Origin: Lingula anatina
Lineage: Eukaryota; Animalia; Brachiopoda
NCBI GenBank assembly: GCA_051362555.1
Contig: CM120648.1
Span: forward strand, 5,204,587 to 5,268,586
Direction: 5' to 3'
Length of the DNA: 64,000 nucleotides
The translations under genes and the position numbers were made by a program. Within the stretch, counting starts at the first letter, position 1. Every line of letters starts with the position of its first letter. Below are positions 28,401-41,303 of the stretch, piece after piece. The notes beneath the pieces are model-generated. The model was not told the DNA's origin. It did not search any database and was given only the letters and a program-made list of their open reading frames with translations.

Positions 28401-31400
28401 CGGGAGAAACTGTCTTTCGTGTGGATTGTACTTAGAAGTTATTGTAGAATTAAATAGATTGACAAATTTGTAATAATTAAGGTATTGTAAAATATCCGCT
28501 TCACCTTTCGGGTCCTTCGAAGTCTTTTGCTGGGCAGACTCCGCAGCTTTGGTTTTTCCGGCGGTGCCATTGGTCTGCATGCTGTGCTTGGTAACATCAC
28601 CGTTAGCTAAACATAGTTAAAAATTAATATAAATATAATCATATAATCAAGGATCTATTTTCGACAGAAAGGTATGTTAAACGGTTTCGCGAATTAAGCA
28701 TAAAAGTACATGTATGGTTTGTTAATAATATCCTACATGTAAGTTTCAGTGTAAAACTGCGACGTTTAAAAAATTTACCTTGTAAATGTAAAGTCACTGA
28801 CAACAATTGTAATTGAAATTGAAAATAGGCCTATTCATTTAAAGAACTACATTAATTTATGACAAATTGAGATAAACTGAATTTCTACTTTTTTACCTTC
28901 CCCGTGTTTCTGTACACCGTTATCAACCACTGTCATTTCTATGTGATTTTCCTCAGAGACGAACGCCTTGTTGTCGTTCCCCACGAGCTCACGCCGCTTG
29001 TTTACCTCGCTTTCATTTGCCTTCTTTGCGTACGCTGTGGTCAATGTTTTATCGATACCGAGACCCTCGAGTAATGTCCCTACCAGTATGACCAGTCCAA
29101 ACACTGACAGGACAGCTCTTTTAGAATAAAATTAATAAAAAGATAAATTATTAGAAAAAAGAAAAATACCTATAGATACAAGTTAACGTATTAAGGAATG
29201 TACCCACAGGTGTATCTGCATTCTTGGTTCGAAAAAAAGAACAATTTTTGAATTAAAGAATTGATAAATGATCACAAGGAAAGACACTGATAAATTGGCA
29301 TGCAATAACTTAATATCTAATGTCATAACTAATGTGACTGGATGTTTTAGCATACTTTTTCCGAAAAAGTAGAACAACTTTAACAATAATATTGCTTTTA
29401 CACTAACACTGCTTTTTCTCCATATTTTCAAGTTCAATAATGTGTCATTCCAAAAAAAAAAAAAAAAAAAGAAGACATTTGAGTCACGTCAGCGACGCTC
29501 GCCTATTCTGTAAAATTGTAATATTTTTAACTTGTCCCATTATTTTTACTGTTTAATACATGTACTTCAGTGCAGTACCATCCACAATAGAAAGAAATCA
29601 CCAGTAAGCAAACCTTGATTTAAAACAGTTATGCAATTATTGCACAAAATATTTTCGTCACTGGCGCGACTGGGTGACTCGCTTTTTTTGGAATGGCCCA
29701 CACAGGTATATTGTATACTGTACATAATGGCGAGTAAGGCGGGGACAGTAGCGACATCTACAGTAAATATCATTATTCTATGATTACTTACATGCAGACT
29801 TGTGCCCTGGTGTCCGTGCTGAGGTCCGGCCTCTTGTCCTGGTCACATACCACCGTGGTCCCAGCCGCGAGATCCTGGGCATTCGTCAGGTTCATCAGTA
29901 CTGAAAAAGAGATACACACAAGAATAAAGTATTAATTATAAAATGAAAGGAAAAAACAACGACCATACGAAAAAAGTATGGAAGTCAGGATATAATAGTA
30001 ATGCCATTTATCCTTTTTATTATTCATTCAATTGTCATATACTGTATATACGAGGACTGGCAGATAATGCGGTCGTGGTATACCCTTGTCACAATAATAA
30101 AACAGCATTCTATTCTATTCTAATATCAGTAGTGGATAAGTAAATGCACCTTTCACAATTTGGTTCACATCCTGAGACGAGCACGAGGCGGGAAGACACA
30201 TCCCCAGAGCTAACTTAACTGTGTCCGCCACGTCACCAACCTGAAACAGGTAACGGACGCTTTATCAACCTATAAATGAACACTGGGATCTATACCCCAA
30301 TGATTTCATAAGAAGAATCAACGCGATAAAGTTCGTAGAAGAAAAAGCGGGTATTGGACCACAATCGTCTTATATTACTATTACCGATAAGTGTTGTCGG
30401 TCCCCTCGAGCTCACGCCGCTTGTTTACCTCGCTTTCATTTGCCTTCTTTGCGTACACTGTGGTCAATGTTTTATCGATACCGAGACCCTCGAGTAATGT
30501 CCCTACCAGTATGACCAGCCCAAACACCGACAGGACAGCTTTATTTTTAAATTTATTAAAACAATAATAATAATAATGAAAAGCAAAAAGAGAAACATTC
30601 ATGTGTACTCATACCTTTTCTTGGCCATCATCAATAGCACCAGCAAACAGAGCAGGCGGTACGGGCATGGACAGCTTGCAGTAGTCGCCATGGAACGAGT
30701 GGTTTCCACCTCCAGTTGGTATGCTGATTTTGGAATTTCTTTGAAAAAAATAGAAGTAAGATGGAAATCTACATTAAGAATGTCTTTAACATCAAATGTC
30801 TAGGGCATTAGAATTGATTTTAATGCATATCCCTGATCAGTTTTTAAATTTTATAGTTTATAGTTTTCTTTTATTTCTGGTGAGGTGGCCCTCAATTACA
30901 AAACCCGATTTATTTTGATACGAACACTCTACCCACTGTCTTTATCTTTATCCCCATTTGGAGCGTCTCGCGTGTTCTTCCGTCTTACTGATAACGAGAA
31001 GATGGACTGAATCACCCTAACAGATAAATCAATCAGTAAAATACGTACGCTATTTTGGCCTCGACTCTCAGACACTGTTCGTATTGCCCAAGCCACTGTG
31101 TGTCACCAAACAGTAAACCAGTGTTGGGTTTCCCGAAGGCGTCCAGCACTGCAAGGCAAAATATTTTACATGTAATATTCTTATTAGAACAGATTTATAG
31201 TTTTAATTGGCTAACATTTTGGGGATGATTGTTAGGGATGGTGATTTATTAAAGCATGCTTTTTAAGCCTCACTCACAAAATGAGGCAAAGGGTGCTCTA
31301 TGACGGGAAAAAACTCAGTGTGCTAGTAAATAAATAAATAAACAAACCGCGCGCGACTTCCACTCTCCCAAGTACTGGCAACATACCAGGCAAGATACAC

Positions 31401-33195
31401 AATATGTATGTAATCTTCTTGACATACTTGAGGTAGCATCAGCAAATAATTGTCAATAATGATAATCATGCGGTGTATTTACCCACAAATGATAAGTGAT
31501 ATCACGGGAATATGGGTGAAATCTGAACAGTAAGCCTTTATCAAAGAGACTACATGTGCACAGCAGTACAACGTTTATTTATCAAACATATCATTGACTG
31601 ACGTTGGTTTCATTGTCAGTTTCTTATACACGTGTCGTATTTTTATATATGCATGTGACAGTTGACGGGTATTTACGCGTGCGCGCGTATATATGTATGT
31701 GTGTGGTAAATGCGTGTGAAGGGGGGGGGATGTAACGCAGGCGAACTCTCACTGCAGGTGTTGGAAACACGAGCAAGTGACACCTGTCGTGTTGATTTTT
31801 GAGGTGTGCCAAAAGATAACGTAAACCTCTGATTAACAACAGTATAAGTAAACCTACATTCCAACAAACGCAAAACGTATTTAAATATTGGCATAAAAAT
31901 GGCTTCGCCATTAGGCGTCTACGAAGATCTCACAGAATCAGCTGCACCCTATGAAATGTTTGTTTTTTCCTCTACGATTATACATGTTCATCAGACAAGC
32001 TGTAATTCGACAGGTTTGTTACTAATATTAAACGCAAATAAAACTTATCACCATTAAATACATCTTAAGTATTATCCTCTACGATTAACTTATTGCCATG
32101 ATAATCATCGCGCCGCGCATACCCGGTATGTTAACCGGTTAAGCACTTGTCACCCTGAAGCTCCCAGCACTGGCAGTGACTCTCCCTTCGCACAATACAC
32201 GCCGGGAGTCGCCGCCCGCAAACCATTTGATCCTAAGGGTGTGGTCGCAGTTGCGGCGCTACAATCTTCACGGGTTCGAAGTCCATTCAATTAAACATTT
32301 AGGTAAGTGAGTTATCGGGGAAGGAGGTCCGTTCCTATCGAATTATTTGCCCAAAACAAACAAGTAACTGATAATTTGTCACGTTCGTAATGTCAGTTAT
32401 TATTAAGTCACCATGAGTCGGTTGCTGGGCCAGGTATAATGGGGTTTTCAGAATGGTTTTATTTGGAGAAAAAAACCGCATGTGGACATGGTGCTGCTAT
32501 GGTGCTTTGAAGTGTTTTGGCATATTTTACACCAAATACAGCCATCTAAAATGACCATACAGCTTTCCTGACACAGAATATAACTAGTTATTTTTCATAT
32601 TTTCTTCGAGAAGTTACTTACTCTGCAGTGCCCAACCTTCTGTCTTTACCAGTCCTTGCAACATGTAGCTAATGTCTATGGCGCAGTACCCCGATATAGG
32701 CTGCAGGACAGCGTTCAGGGCGCTAGGCAGGGCCACTTGTACCAGCGAGTCCCAGTCCACGTTCTGCAGTACCGCCAACGGGTTGCCTCCGCCGGTACCA
32801 GCGCCCGAGGTCAACGACTGAACTAAATCCGCAACCGCTGTCCCCTGGGAGGCTAGTAACGGGATGATTTGTTCTCCAACTTTGGAGACATCGGGGACGG
32901 CGTTGTTAAGAGCTGTGGTGATTTGGTCCGTGTTGTTCAGCTGGGAAACCACAGCCTTGATGATGGCGTCCTTGTAGTTTTGGGCGAAAGCCGGCAATGG
33001 CTGAGGAAGCTGAGAAGTCAGATCGGTCAAGACTTTTCCCAGGTACTCCGGCGAGAGAAGATTCTTCACGACATCTGAATCGAGATATCCTTTCAGAAGA
33101 TCTCCTAGTCCCCGCCCTTGTGCTGAAACGCTGTTGGGGAGCGATGAAAATACCACGACTAAGCTCAGGCAGAAGACGAAATGTTTCGTCTTCAT
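23332..33195 (-). CDS. NRF-6 / OACYL-like protein 1 (signal peptide + NRF domain + acyltransferase-3 multipass domain)
   Basis: 17 exons: 32622-33195, 31049-31148, 30615-30738, 30150-30240, 29792-29900, 28897-29117, 28505-28606, 28173-28355, 27560-27653, 27093-27191, ~26574-26740, 26103-26182, ~25553-25637, ~25156-25273, ~24297-24484, ~23644-23786, 23332-23439. Motifs MLDAFGKP..WLGQYEQC, GMCLPASCS, CLNGIRVLSIGWVVLGH, FSVDSFFLLSG, HRYLRLSP, NWWTNILYINN, PWCRIAPY, PLGRLVYAVYLIH, FEIP. Confidence 0.93.
25849..26064. mobile_element. Degenerate MITE-like inverted repeat in an NRF-6 gene 1 intron
   Basis: cattcccagagatttagatcgatc ... gatcgatctcaaatctgtggaaatg, plus inner arms ttgctgtcagc / gctgacagtaa. 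Confidence 0.55.
30408..30540 (-). pseudogene. Intronic partial copy of NRF-6 gene 1 exon 6 (pseudo-exon)
   Basis: Near-identical to ~28985-29117 (AVLSVFGLVILVGTLLEGLGIDKTLTTxYAKKANESEVNKRREL) but sits between exons 3 and 4 and lacks the AG acceptor (aaataa|AGCTGTC versus ctaaaag|AGCTGTC). Confidence 0.8.
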
Positions 33196-33416
33196 TTTTT
33201 AATGTGAAAAAAGATTTTCAAATAATCACTTGTTGAAAAACTCGGATCCCCCTTCTTAGTGTGCTATTGCCTCCTGTGGTCTGACAGATGGTTTAAATGC
33301 TGATTCAGTGCCAAGGCATTATTTGTTATCTATGTAGAGACTAGTTTGCGGATGCCGCGGCTGAGGTACACGTAACTCCGAGCAGCCGTCAGCTGATGCT
33401 ACACGGCAGTGGCGCA

Positions 33417-34550
33417 CCTGGTGGCGGATAGTAAAACTAATACACACACACACACACACACACACACACGTAGATTCATAAACACCGGAATTACATTGAG
33501 CGGGTATTTTTGTTTCACTCTTTAATTTTACTCGTTAAAAGGGTTCTTTGAAAGATGTAATGTGCACTGGAGTCGCTATAGGTGTCCGTGTGGCCAGTAA
33601 ACGAGAACCGCTGTTGGTGCTGCCCCCTACTGGCGCAGCTGTCACACTACCCCTGTATATAGTGTCTTTGCTTTTTTTATCGAACTGAATCATGAACATT
33701 CAAATAACTGAGCTTTGTGTTAGAGGGTTTATCTTCGTAGTCCCCCCTATCACACCTAATACCAGAAGGTTCTTACCCCGCACTAAAACATGCATTTAAC
33801 TTATTTTTACTTAGGTATTGAGCATGCTTTGCCAACCATATATGGACTTCTTCATGTGGATGTAAAGAACCGATTTTTATTATTATATATCATTAATAAA
33901 ACTCACATGTACAATGGCTTTAAATTCAGTAACAATATCAAATTTGCAAGTGCTAATGCTACTACACAATATTTAAATGCCAAAAAGAATTTGCATAAAA
34001 TCTTACATCTGACAAAAGACAAAAACACTTGTAGGTGCATCTTTTTTACTGTAGATAATGGCAAAAAGGGAATCATAAATGTCACATATTCACTTTAATG
34101 CACTTTAATATAATGTCCTATAGATGACGACCGTGTGTGTGTTACATGTGTATCACACGGAATGAATAACTCAGAAATATTTCGACCTGGATAAGCATTC
34201 TATCAAAGTAGATTTAATGCAGCCAGAGAATGACGATCAGGTTGAAAAAAATACATAACACCCTCACACTTTGCGACCTTGAATACATACGATGGTGGTT
34301 AAACAGTCACAAAGAGCGTAGCAAGTACCTAATAGTCCAGGTCGCTGCAACTTCGAAAGATGCCTCAAAAGTTCGAAAGTAACAATAATTTGCCCAACAA
34401 TGACAAAAACATCACAGCGTAGGTCAACCCTGAAAGTCGTGTCCCCTGTGACGTCCCGCCACCAGGTGTCGCAGGTGTCGTGTAGCGGCAGACGACAGTG
34501 TTGTCATACAGCAGGGAGCTTGTCCAGATGAACTTGGACTGACCCCAAGA
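33417..34550. repeat. Segmental duplication copy 1 (paired with ~36403-37980)
   Basis: cctggtggcggatagtaaaactaat... at 33417 recurs at 36403; 33667-34330 is nearly identical to 37078-37760; copy 2 carries about 470 bp of extra sequence at ~36600-37075. Confidence 0.9.
33619..33636 (-). promoter_or_regulatory. CTCF-like motif
   Basis: Reverse strand reads GCGCCAGTAGGGGGCAGC, matching the CTCF core consensus CCASYAGRKGGCRS; the duplicated copy near 36564-36581 has one core substitution. Confidence 0.4.
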
Positions 34551-36294
34551 AATGGTCCGAGGGTTGATGCCCTCCCCTTCCCGTGGCGCTCGCCCCCACC
34601 CTACCTCTTGGTCCGTGAACTCGGTGGCGGAGACCCAGGTATCGTCCGTAGTGAAATTTTTGGTCCACCTGCAGAGTGAACGGGACAATTATACATGTTC
34701 TTCATATCAATTCTACTAGAAATCAATACACTGAATTGCACAATTACAAATTACATGTATATCAACAAAGAAATATTAATTTATATCACGGAACTACGAA
34801 ATAGTATAAATAGAGAAGGGTTGTAGAAAGGAAACGAGATGAATGAGAAAAAATAAAATAAAGAAGTAAGAAAAAGGGTTACTAGGAAGAAGGGACGAAA
34901 GAACGACTTTTCAGTTTTCAAGTAATCGCATCAATAGTGAATATATCTATATATGTATTCTAACATTAAGTATATAAACAAGATTTGAATTCAGAAAAGC
35001 ACCGACAGAATTGTTTTTCAGATATCCTATTAATCACATTATCAGACAGTAAATATTTTGAAGATATCAACAGCATCAAATAACCCTAAGAAAAGTTCCT
35101 TTAGTCCAGCTTTACGTTCACCGAGGCAGTATACCGATACATTGTGTAATAAGTGAGAGGAGGATAGGAGTATCGTACCAGTTGTCTGGCATGGTGAAGT
35201 GCTCGCCACGGCAAATGGTCCAAGGTTTCGGCCCCGAGGTACAGTTCAGGTCTATTGGACCCCTGAAGAACGTCTTACATTTCCACGCTGAGCTGGTCAC
35301 CGTGCCTTAAGATAAAATATATTGTTTAAAACTCTTAGATTAAGTTTATACGAGTACAAATTACTGCGATAACTGTACATGTATGTCAATCTAGTACGAC
35401 ATGTAGCATTTTAACTGTGGGTGCCTGTTAGAATTATAGACAGCATATACAGGTCCCACAGCGGAGGGTACACAATGCAACAGTTAATATCTATTTACTC
35501 CTGTTTATACAAGAGATCCCACATTTCATATCTAAACTTATCTCACTCTTTACTGGCCTAGTTCACTTCTGTATACTACATCTCGGGTCAGGCGAAGATA
35601 GCAGTTTCTCTCCAGTGTGACGAGATTCCGTACACACAGTTGTACATTATACTCTTGTATTCAAAAAAGCTGAAGTTGCTATATGTATATATGTAAAAAA
35701 CAATATCATTCTCGCCGCGGTAGGGAGGGGCATTGAGTAGGCCTAGACCTATTTACGGCTGATACACGCGGTAACATGAAGTAACAACGGAGAATGCTTC
35801 GATATTATATAAGGTTTAATATTAGTGTAGACCCCAACAAACAGATAAATAAATAAATAAACAAATAGATAAACAAATAAATAAATAGATAAGTAAATCC
35901 ACAGGAATTATTGTCTTTGTGGCCTAAGCCGCCCTAACACCCTCTGTTCCAGATTCCAAAACTCGAGACCACGCTCACCGTCATCAAGGACCATCCTTAG
36001 CCCGCCGTCTCCAACTTGGGTGTCATTGTACTCCAGAGTTGTCAGGTTGTCCGCGTTGTCCGCTGCCCAAATGGCGAACACGTTCTCTCCGCCATCCCCC
36101 ACGTCGAAGCTGACGGCGGTGGCGGTCTGGGGTTTAAACAGTGTGTCGTCTGCTATGAATCCCCCGTTTACGTACAGTTTAAAATAGTTGTCGACATATA
36201 CGTGACCAGAAACGGTTTTAGTTTCTGAGAAATTCACTCCCACTATTGCCAAATAAATAAATAGAATTTGGGCCTCTGTTCTCAGAACAGGCAT
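34365..36294 (-). CDS. Uncharacterised secreted, probably GPI-anchored acidic protein, array copy A
   Basis: Exons 35979-36294 (ATG MPVLRT.., hydrophobic signal peptide), 35179-35305 (127 nt), 34365-34668; phases 1 and 2 join in frame. VSGHVYVDNYFKLYVNG..WAADNAD..LEY..VGDGG..GTVTSSAWKCK..SWGQSKFIWTSSLLYDNTVVCRY, followed by a T/P/G spacer and hydrophobic tail. Confidence 0.88.
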
Positions 36295-36370
36295 GATTTC
36301 TGTCGTCTTCCTGTCATGCACGGTGTTTTACTCTGATTTGATTCACTGGCTAGGCATTAAAAATTATCTA

Positions 36371-36389
36371 ATTTGCATGAGTGACGTCA
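36371..36389. promoter_or_regulatory. Octamer + CRE module upstream of copy A
   Basis: ATTTGCATgagTGACGTCA about 80 bp upstream of the ATG; conserved upstream of copies B and C. Confidence 0.5.
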
Positions 36390-37797
36390 GCTCACGGGAC
36401 AGCCTGGTGGCGGATAGTAAAACTAATCTATATTCATTAACACCGGAATTACATTATTGTTTCACTTTTTAATTTTACTCATTAAAATGTTTTTTTGAAA
36501 GATGTAGTGTTTATTGGCGTCGCTAGGTGTCCGTGTCGCCAGTAATCGAGAACTGCTGTTGGTGCTGCCCCCTACTAGCGCCGCTGTCACACCGCCCCCG
36601 TTAGTGTGTTCCCAACTCGTGCGTTTGATGGAACGTACCTTATGGTTCTAGTTTGACTGATATTTTGTGTGTACAACGAGAAATCTGAGTTTGGTATTTG
36701 ACATCACGGCGGTGGCAATGTTTCTTTTCCTAAGTACTTTGAAGGTTTTCCGACAACCCTAATAATAATAATAATAATAATAATATGCCCTAGATTTGCC
36801 TGCGTTTTGTTTTGTATTGTATTGTTTTAAAATTTTGTCTTTGAATTCTTTTCTTGGAAGGAGGGGTCTGCAGATGCTAAGCCGACCTCCCCCACCCCCA
36901 TTTTGGTATTTTAGAGGGCGAACGGTGCCATTTGGTACGGTTTAGAACTATGATTCGGCTTGTCAAAATTATAATTTCAAGAGGAGACGAGAAAACGAAG
37001 GGTGGGGGTGGGGGGTCAGGACCCCCCTGACTCCCTCTTAATTCGCCACTGGGTTGAAGGTATCCCTGATGCCCAGTTTTGCTTTTTTATCGAACTGAAT
37101 CATAAACATTCAAATAACTGAGCTTTGTGTTAGAGGGTTTATCTTCGTAGTCCCCCCTATCACACCTAATACCAGAAGGTTCTTACCCCGCACTAAAACA
37201 TGCATTTAAAGTATTTTACTTAGGTATTCAGCATGCTTTGCCAACCATATATGGACTTCTTCATGTAGATGTAAAGAACCGATTTTTATTATTATATATC
37301 ATTAATAAAACTCACATGTACAATGGCTTAAAATTCAGTAACAATATCAAATATCCAAGTGCTAAAGCTACTACAGAATATTTAAATGTCAAAAAGAATT
37401 TCAATAAAACCTTATATCTGAAAAGACAAAAACACTTGTAGGTGCATCTTTTTTTACTGTAGATAATGGCAAAAAGGGAATCATAAATGTCACATATTCA
37501 CTTTAATGCACTTTAATATAATGTCCTATAGATGACGACCGTGTGTGTGTTACATGTGTATCACACGGAATGAATAACTCAGCAATATTTCGACCTGGAA
37601 AAGCATTCTATCAGAGTTGATTTAATGCAGTTAGAGAATTCCGGTCAGGTTGAAGTATATATTTAAAAAAAAAAAAAAAAAAAATTACATCCTCACACTT
37701 TGCGCCTTTGAAAACATACAATGGTGATTAAATGGTTCAACCGTCACAAAGAGCGTAGTACCTAATTGTTCAGGTCATTGCCACCTCAAACGCTGTC

Positions 37798-38758
37798 CTA
37801 AAACTCGGAGTTAAAATAATTGCTCAACAATGAGAAAAACATCACAGCGTAGGTCAACCCTGAAAGTCGTGTCCCAAGTGACGTCCCGCCACCAGGTGTC
37901 GCAGGTGTCGTGTATCGGCAGACGACAGTGTTGTCATACAGCAGGGAGCTTGTCCAGATGAACTTGGACTGACCCCAAGAGATGGTCTGAGGGTTTCTCC
38001 CTTCCCCTTCCTGGGGCGGAACCCCCCAACCCACCACGTCGTCCGTGAACTCAGTGGCGGAGACCCAGGTATCGTCGGTGGTGAAATTTTTGGTCCACCT
38101 GCGGAGTGAAACGGAAATATGTACGGTTCAGTAGAATGAATTCGAATAAATTATTACCTAAAGCACCTGAAGTTACACATGGATAACGTGGTTATATGGA
38201 ACACAGTCTCTAAACTAAAAATTGTTGAATAAGGAAAAAAAAAGGACGTGGAAAAAGAACAGTGACTGAATGATGGGAACGAAAAAACTTCAGATATCAA
38301 AACAATCTGACTGACAGTTTATCATACTCCGAAGATTTATTGCCTATCATTTAAGAAATCATCAGGAAGATTGGCTAAATACAGTTAAATGTTCAACTGA
38401 AAGGGTAGGGAAGAAGTAACGAGTCCATTGCCAGTTATCTGGCTGGGTGAAGTACTCTGATACTGTTCAAATAACCCCAAGAAAATTCCCCATAGGTCAG
38501 TTTTATTAACGTTCACCAAGGCAGTGTACCAAATATGAGGAGGAGATTAAATATTGTACCAATTATCTGGCATGGTGAAGTGCTCGCCACGGCAAGTGGT
38601 CCAAGGTTTCGGCCCCGAGGTACAGTTCAGGTCTATTGGACCCCTGAAGAACGTCTTGCATTTCCACGCTGAGCTGGTAACCGTGCCTTAACATAAAATA
38701 TATTGTTTAAACTCTCGGATTAAGTTTATACGAGTAATAATAATAATAATAATAATAA

Positions 38759-38789
<31 letters not shown>

Positions 38790-40049
38790 AATGTCCATTT
38801 AATACGAACAAATTTCAAGGTGGTGCATCAGGGGAATTAGACTGGACTACAGCTGACGCCAGACAATACGACTGACCTACCCTCTACCAGGGCGACTGAT
38901 AGATTTTTACGGATATTCACAGATATGTCTCTAGCTAGATGGATTGTCATTTTCAACTGACTTACGTTTAAGTCGGTCCTCTCTGCTTTCAAATTCCACC
39001 GGGCTTACAAAAAAGAAGCCATGTCATTGGACAATGCGACCTCTGCGGTTACGTCACTTCAAAAACTGGATGGTAGAGAGGGCCGACTTAAACGTCAAGG
39101 TGGGAATTTGGATTTACGGTTTGATTGTGCGTATGCCATGCACGGAATTTACAAACGAGTGACGGGATGCTGTAGCTTGCAGTATTTGCAGTAAGCGTGC
39201 CAAGTTTTAGGCCGCTCCGATGCCTGTCAGTATTTTATTTCGATTATTATGTTTAAAATTGTGGAATCTTGTTTCACAAGCTTACTCTATTTTATTGTCT
39301 CTATGGAGGTATATGGGGACTTTACGACATTCGGCTTGAAGGCTTAAACCACTTGTTATAGTTTACTTTTGCATTGTATTGGATTAATGTGGCAGTTCAA
39401 GGTTGTCCTAGGTGGTTTTCAAGTTTATGCACCCGGTTTTAATATCATTTAGCGATTTTACGACAATCGTTTACTATCCAATCAAGGTGACAGCCGAGCG
39501 TGGACTGACCTAGCATTTTGTACGTAAAATAAGAAAAAATGCTATGACATGGAGGTATGGTAATTAAGGCCAAGCTAACCCCTACCCTTTGCACAGCTGT
39601 ACCCTTTCGCAAGCCAAACAAAAAACAAACAAATAAATTAATATACAGTAAGTACAAAGTTGCGCGACCCTCCCGTTCAGTCGCGCTTCAAACCTCGACT
39701 CTGTACCACATTAACTGGCCTCCGGCACGCACTCACCGTCATCAAGGACGACCCGTATCCCGCCGTCCCCGACTTGAGTATTATTGTGCTCCAGAGCAGT
39801 TAGGTTGTCAGCGTAATCCGCCGCCCAGATGGCGAACACGTTCCCTCCGCCATCATCCACGTCGAAGCTTACTGCAATGGCGACGTGCGGCTTCATAAGC
39901 GTGTCTTCTGCGATGAATTCTCCATTCACGTAAAAGCGAAAATAGTTGTCGACGTATACGTGTCCAGAGACGGTTTTAGCCTCTGAGGTAGACAGCCCCA
40001 CATGTATTAGGATAATACTAAATAGAACCACTTTCGTAAATAGGCGCAT
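37798..40049 (-). CDS. Uncharacterised secreted, probably GPI-anchored acidic protein, array copy B
   Basis: Exons 39737-40049 (MRLFTKVVLFSIILIHVGLSTSEA signal peptide), 38560-38686 (127 nt), 37798-38098; same intron positions and phases as copy A. Confidence 0.88.
38735..38790. repeat. Compound microsatellite (TAA)n(GAA)n
   Basis: Seen directly; located where copy B intron 1 stops resembling copies A and C. Confidence 0.9.
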
Positions 40050-40130
40050 TCTTCCCGTCTCCACACGCTCGTTTATTTCACTATATGTCAAGTCAAAGTC
40101 TAGGCACAAGAAAAGCCCACTTGGATGCTC

Positions 40131-40149
40131 ATTTGCATGAGAGACGTAA
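40131..40149. promoter_or_regulatory. Octamer + degenerate CRE upstream of copy B
   Basis: ATTTGCATgagaGACGTaa about 80 bp upstream of the ATG in an otherwise diverged flank. Confidence 0.45.
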
Positions 40150-40209
40150 TCTCGTCACAGCCAACCATATTTTGTATAAAATATAACAATGTAAATATTT
40201 AATACATTT

Positions 40210-40376
40210 CAGGCACCTGGCAAGAGGGGGGTTCAAGGGTTCGAAAGAAACCCCCTTTTTGTTGGAGAAAGGTCCAATCTAGGTAAATTTTATCCAGGTA
40301 AACGTGGGTTTCACGAAATAAAGGCCTACATTTTCCGAAAAAGAATCCCCTTTTTCAATTGCTGGCTACGGGCCTG
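40210..40376. mobile_element. Short MITE-like element
   Basis: Imperfect terminal inverted repeats caggcacctggcaag / ctggctacgggcctg with internal gggggttc..gaaaccccc hairpin repeats. Confidence 0.45.
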
Positions 40377-41303
40377 CATCTTGTATTGGAATATCCATTT
40401 CAAAATAACTATAATTTAGGTGTTGTTCCGCCCCATTTAATGCGTGGTAGCTGCAATTTTGATGTAAATGATAGATGACACTGACCACTTGATTCCACAC
40501 TGCATGCATATATATACATATACTACCAGTACTACAGTAGCAGACAAAAGGGGAACATACAGTTGACACAATAGTGTCCTTTGTATGCTCTCCGCGTTTA
40601 TGACAGCGTTTTAACAAATGGATTTTGAAAATCTAAGGCATTTACTCCAGTTTTTTTCTCTTATATGAAAATTATAATATATTTGAAGTTATCAACTTAA
40701 AGCACATGTATTATTCAGTTTTCTTAAAATAAGACGTACCGGTATATGTGAGCTCCACATTTATTTACCAAACTAAGTGAAGGCTAAGTTTTTTCTAGGT
40801 TTTCGTAGATTTTCTCCCTTAATGACGTAGGTAATCGTTTTGATATACAAGACAATTCTGCGTAATTTCTTTATTCCTGCCTTTTATTTTCTGGTTAGAC
40901 AAGTACATGTACATGTATATATGAGGCTGACATTGTGCTAGACTTATTTACTTGGTTTTTGTCGTTGGTCCGAACCACATTTTTATAAAGATGCTTATTC
41001 GTGACAACAATAAACAAATATTATGAGTAGAAAGTAACTGCAGCCGTTCACGCCACCGACTCATGTTTGGTCCACTGCCTGCTGTCCAGTCTGTTACACA
41101 AGCGCAAACCAATACACAATGGAGTACAGGTATACTAGCTCCCATAAAGTATGCGCACATGCACATAGGGACACACGCAAATGAGCCATCTCAAAAACGT
41201 GCGCAAGTGAAAACGGACACACAACAGCTGTGAAATGAATCCCTCAGTCGTCTTGGTATAGTGTCTGTGCACAGTAGATGAAATCTGTACTAGAAGTCAA
41301 AAT

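Noticed and set aside
32100-32300. GC-rich intronic stretch with a short open frame in NRF-6 gene 1 intron 1
   Set aside because: No clear splice sites or NRF homology; exons 1 and 2 join in phase without it.
33790-34098. Repeated + strand ORF (also 37238-37441)
   Set aside because: AT-rich duplicated 3' flank; the frame is not preserved between copies.
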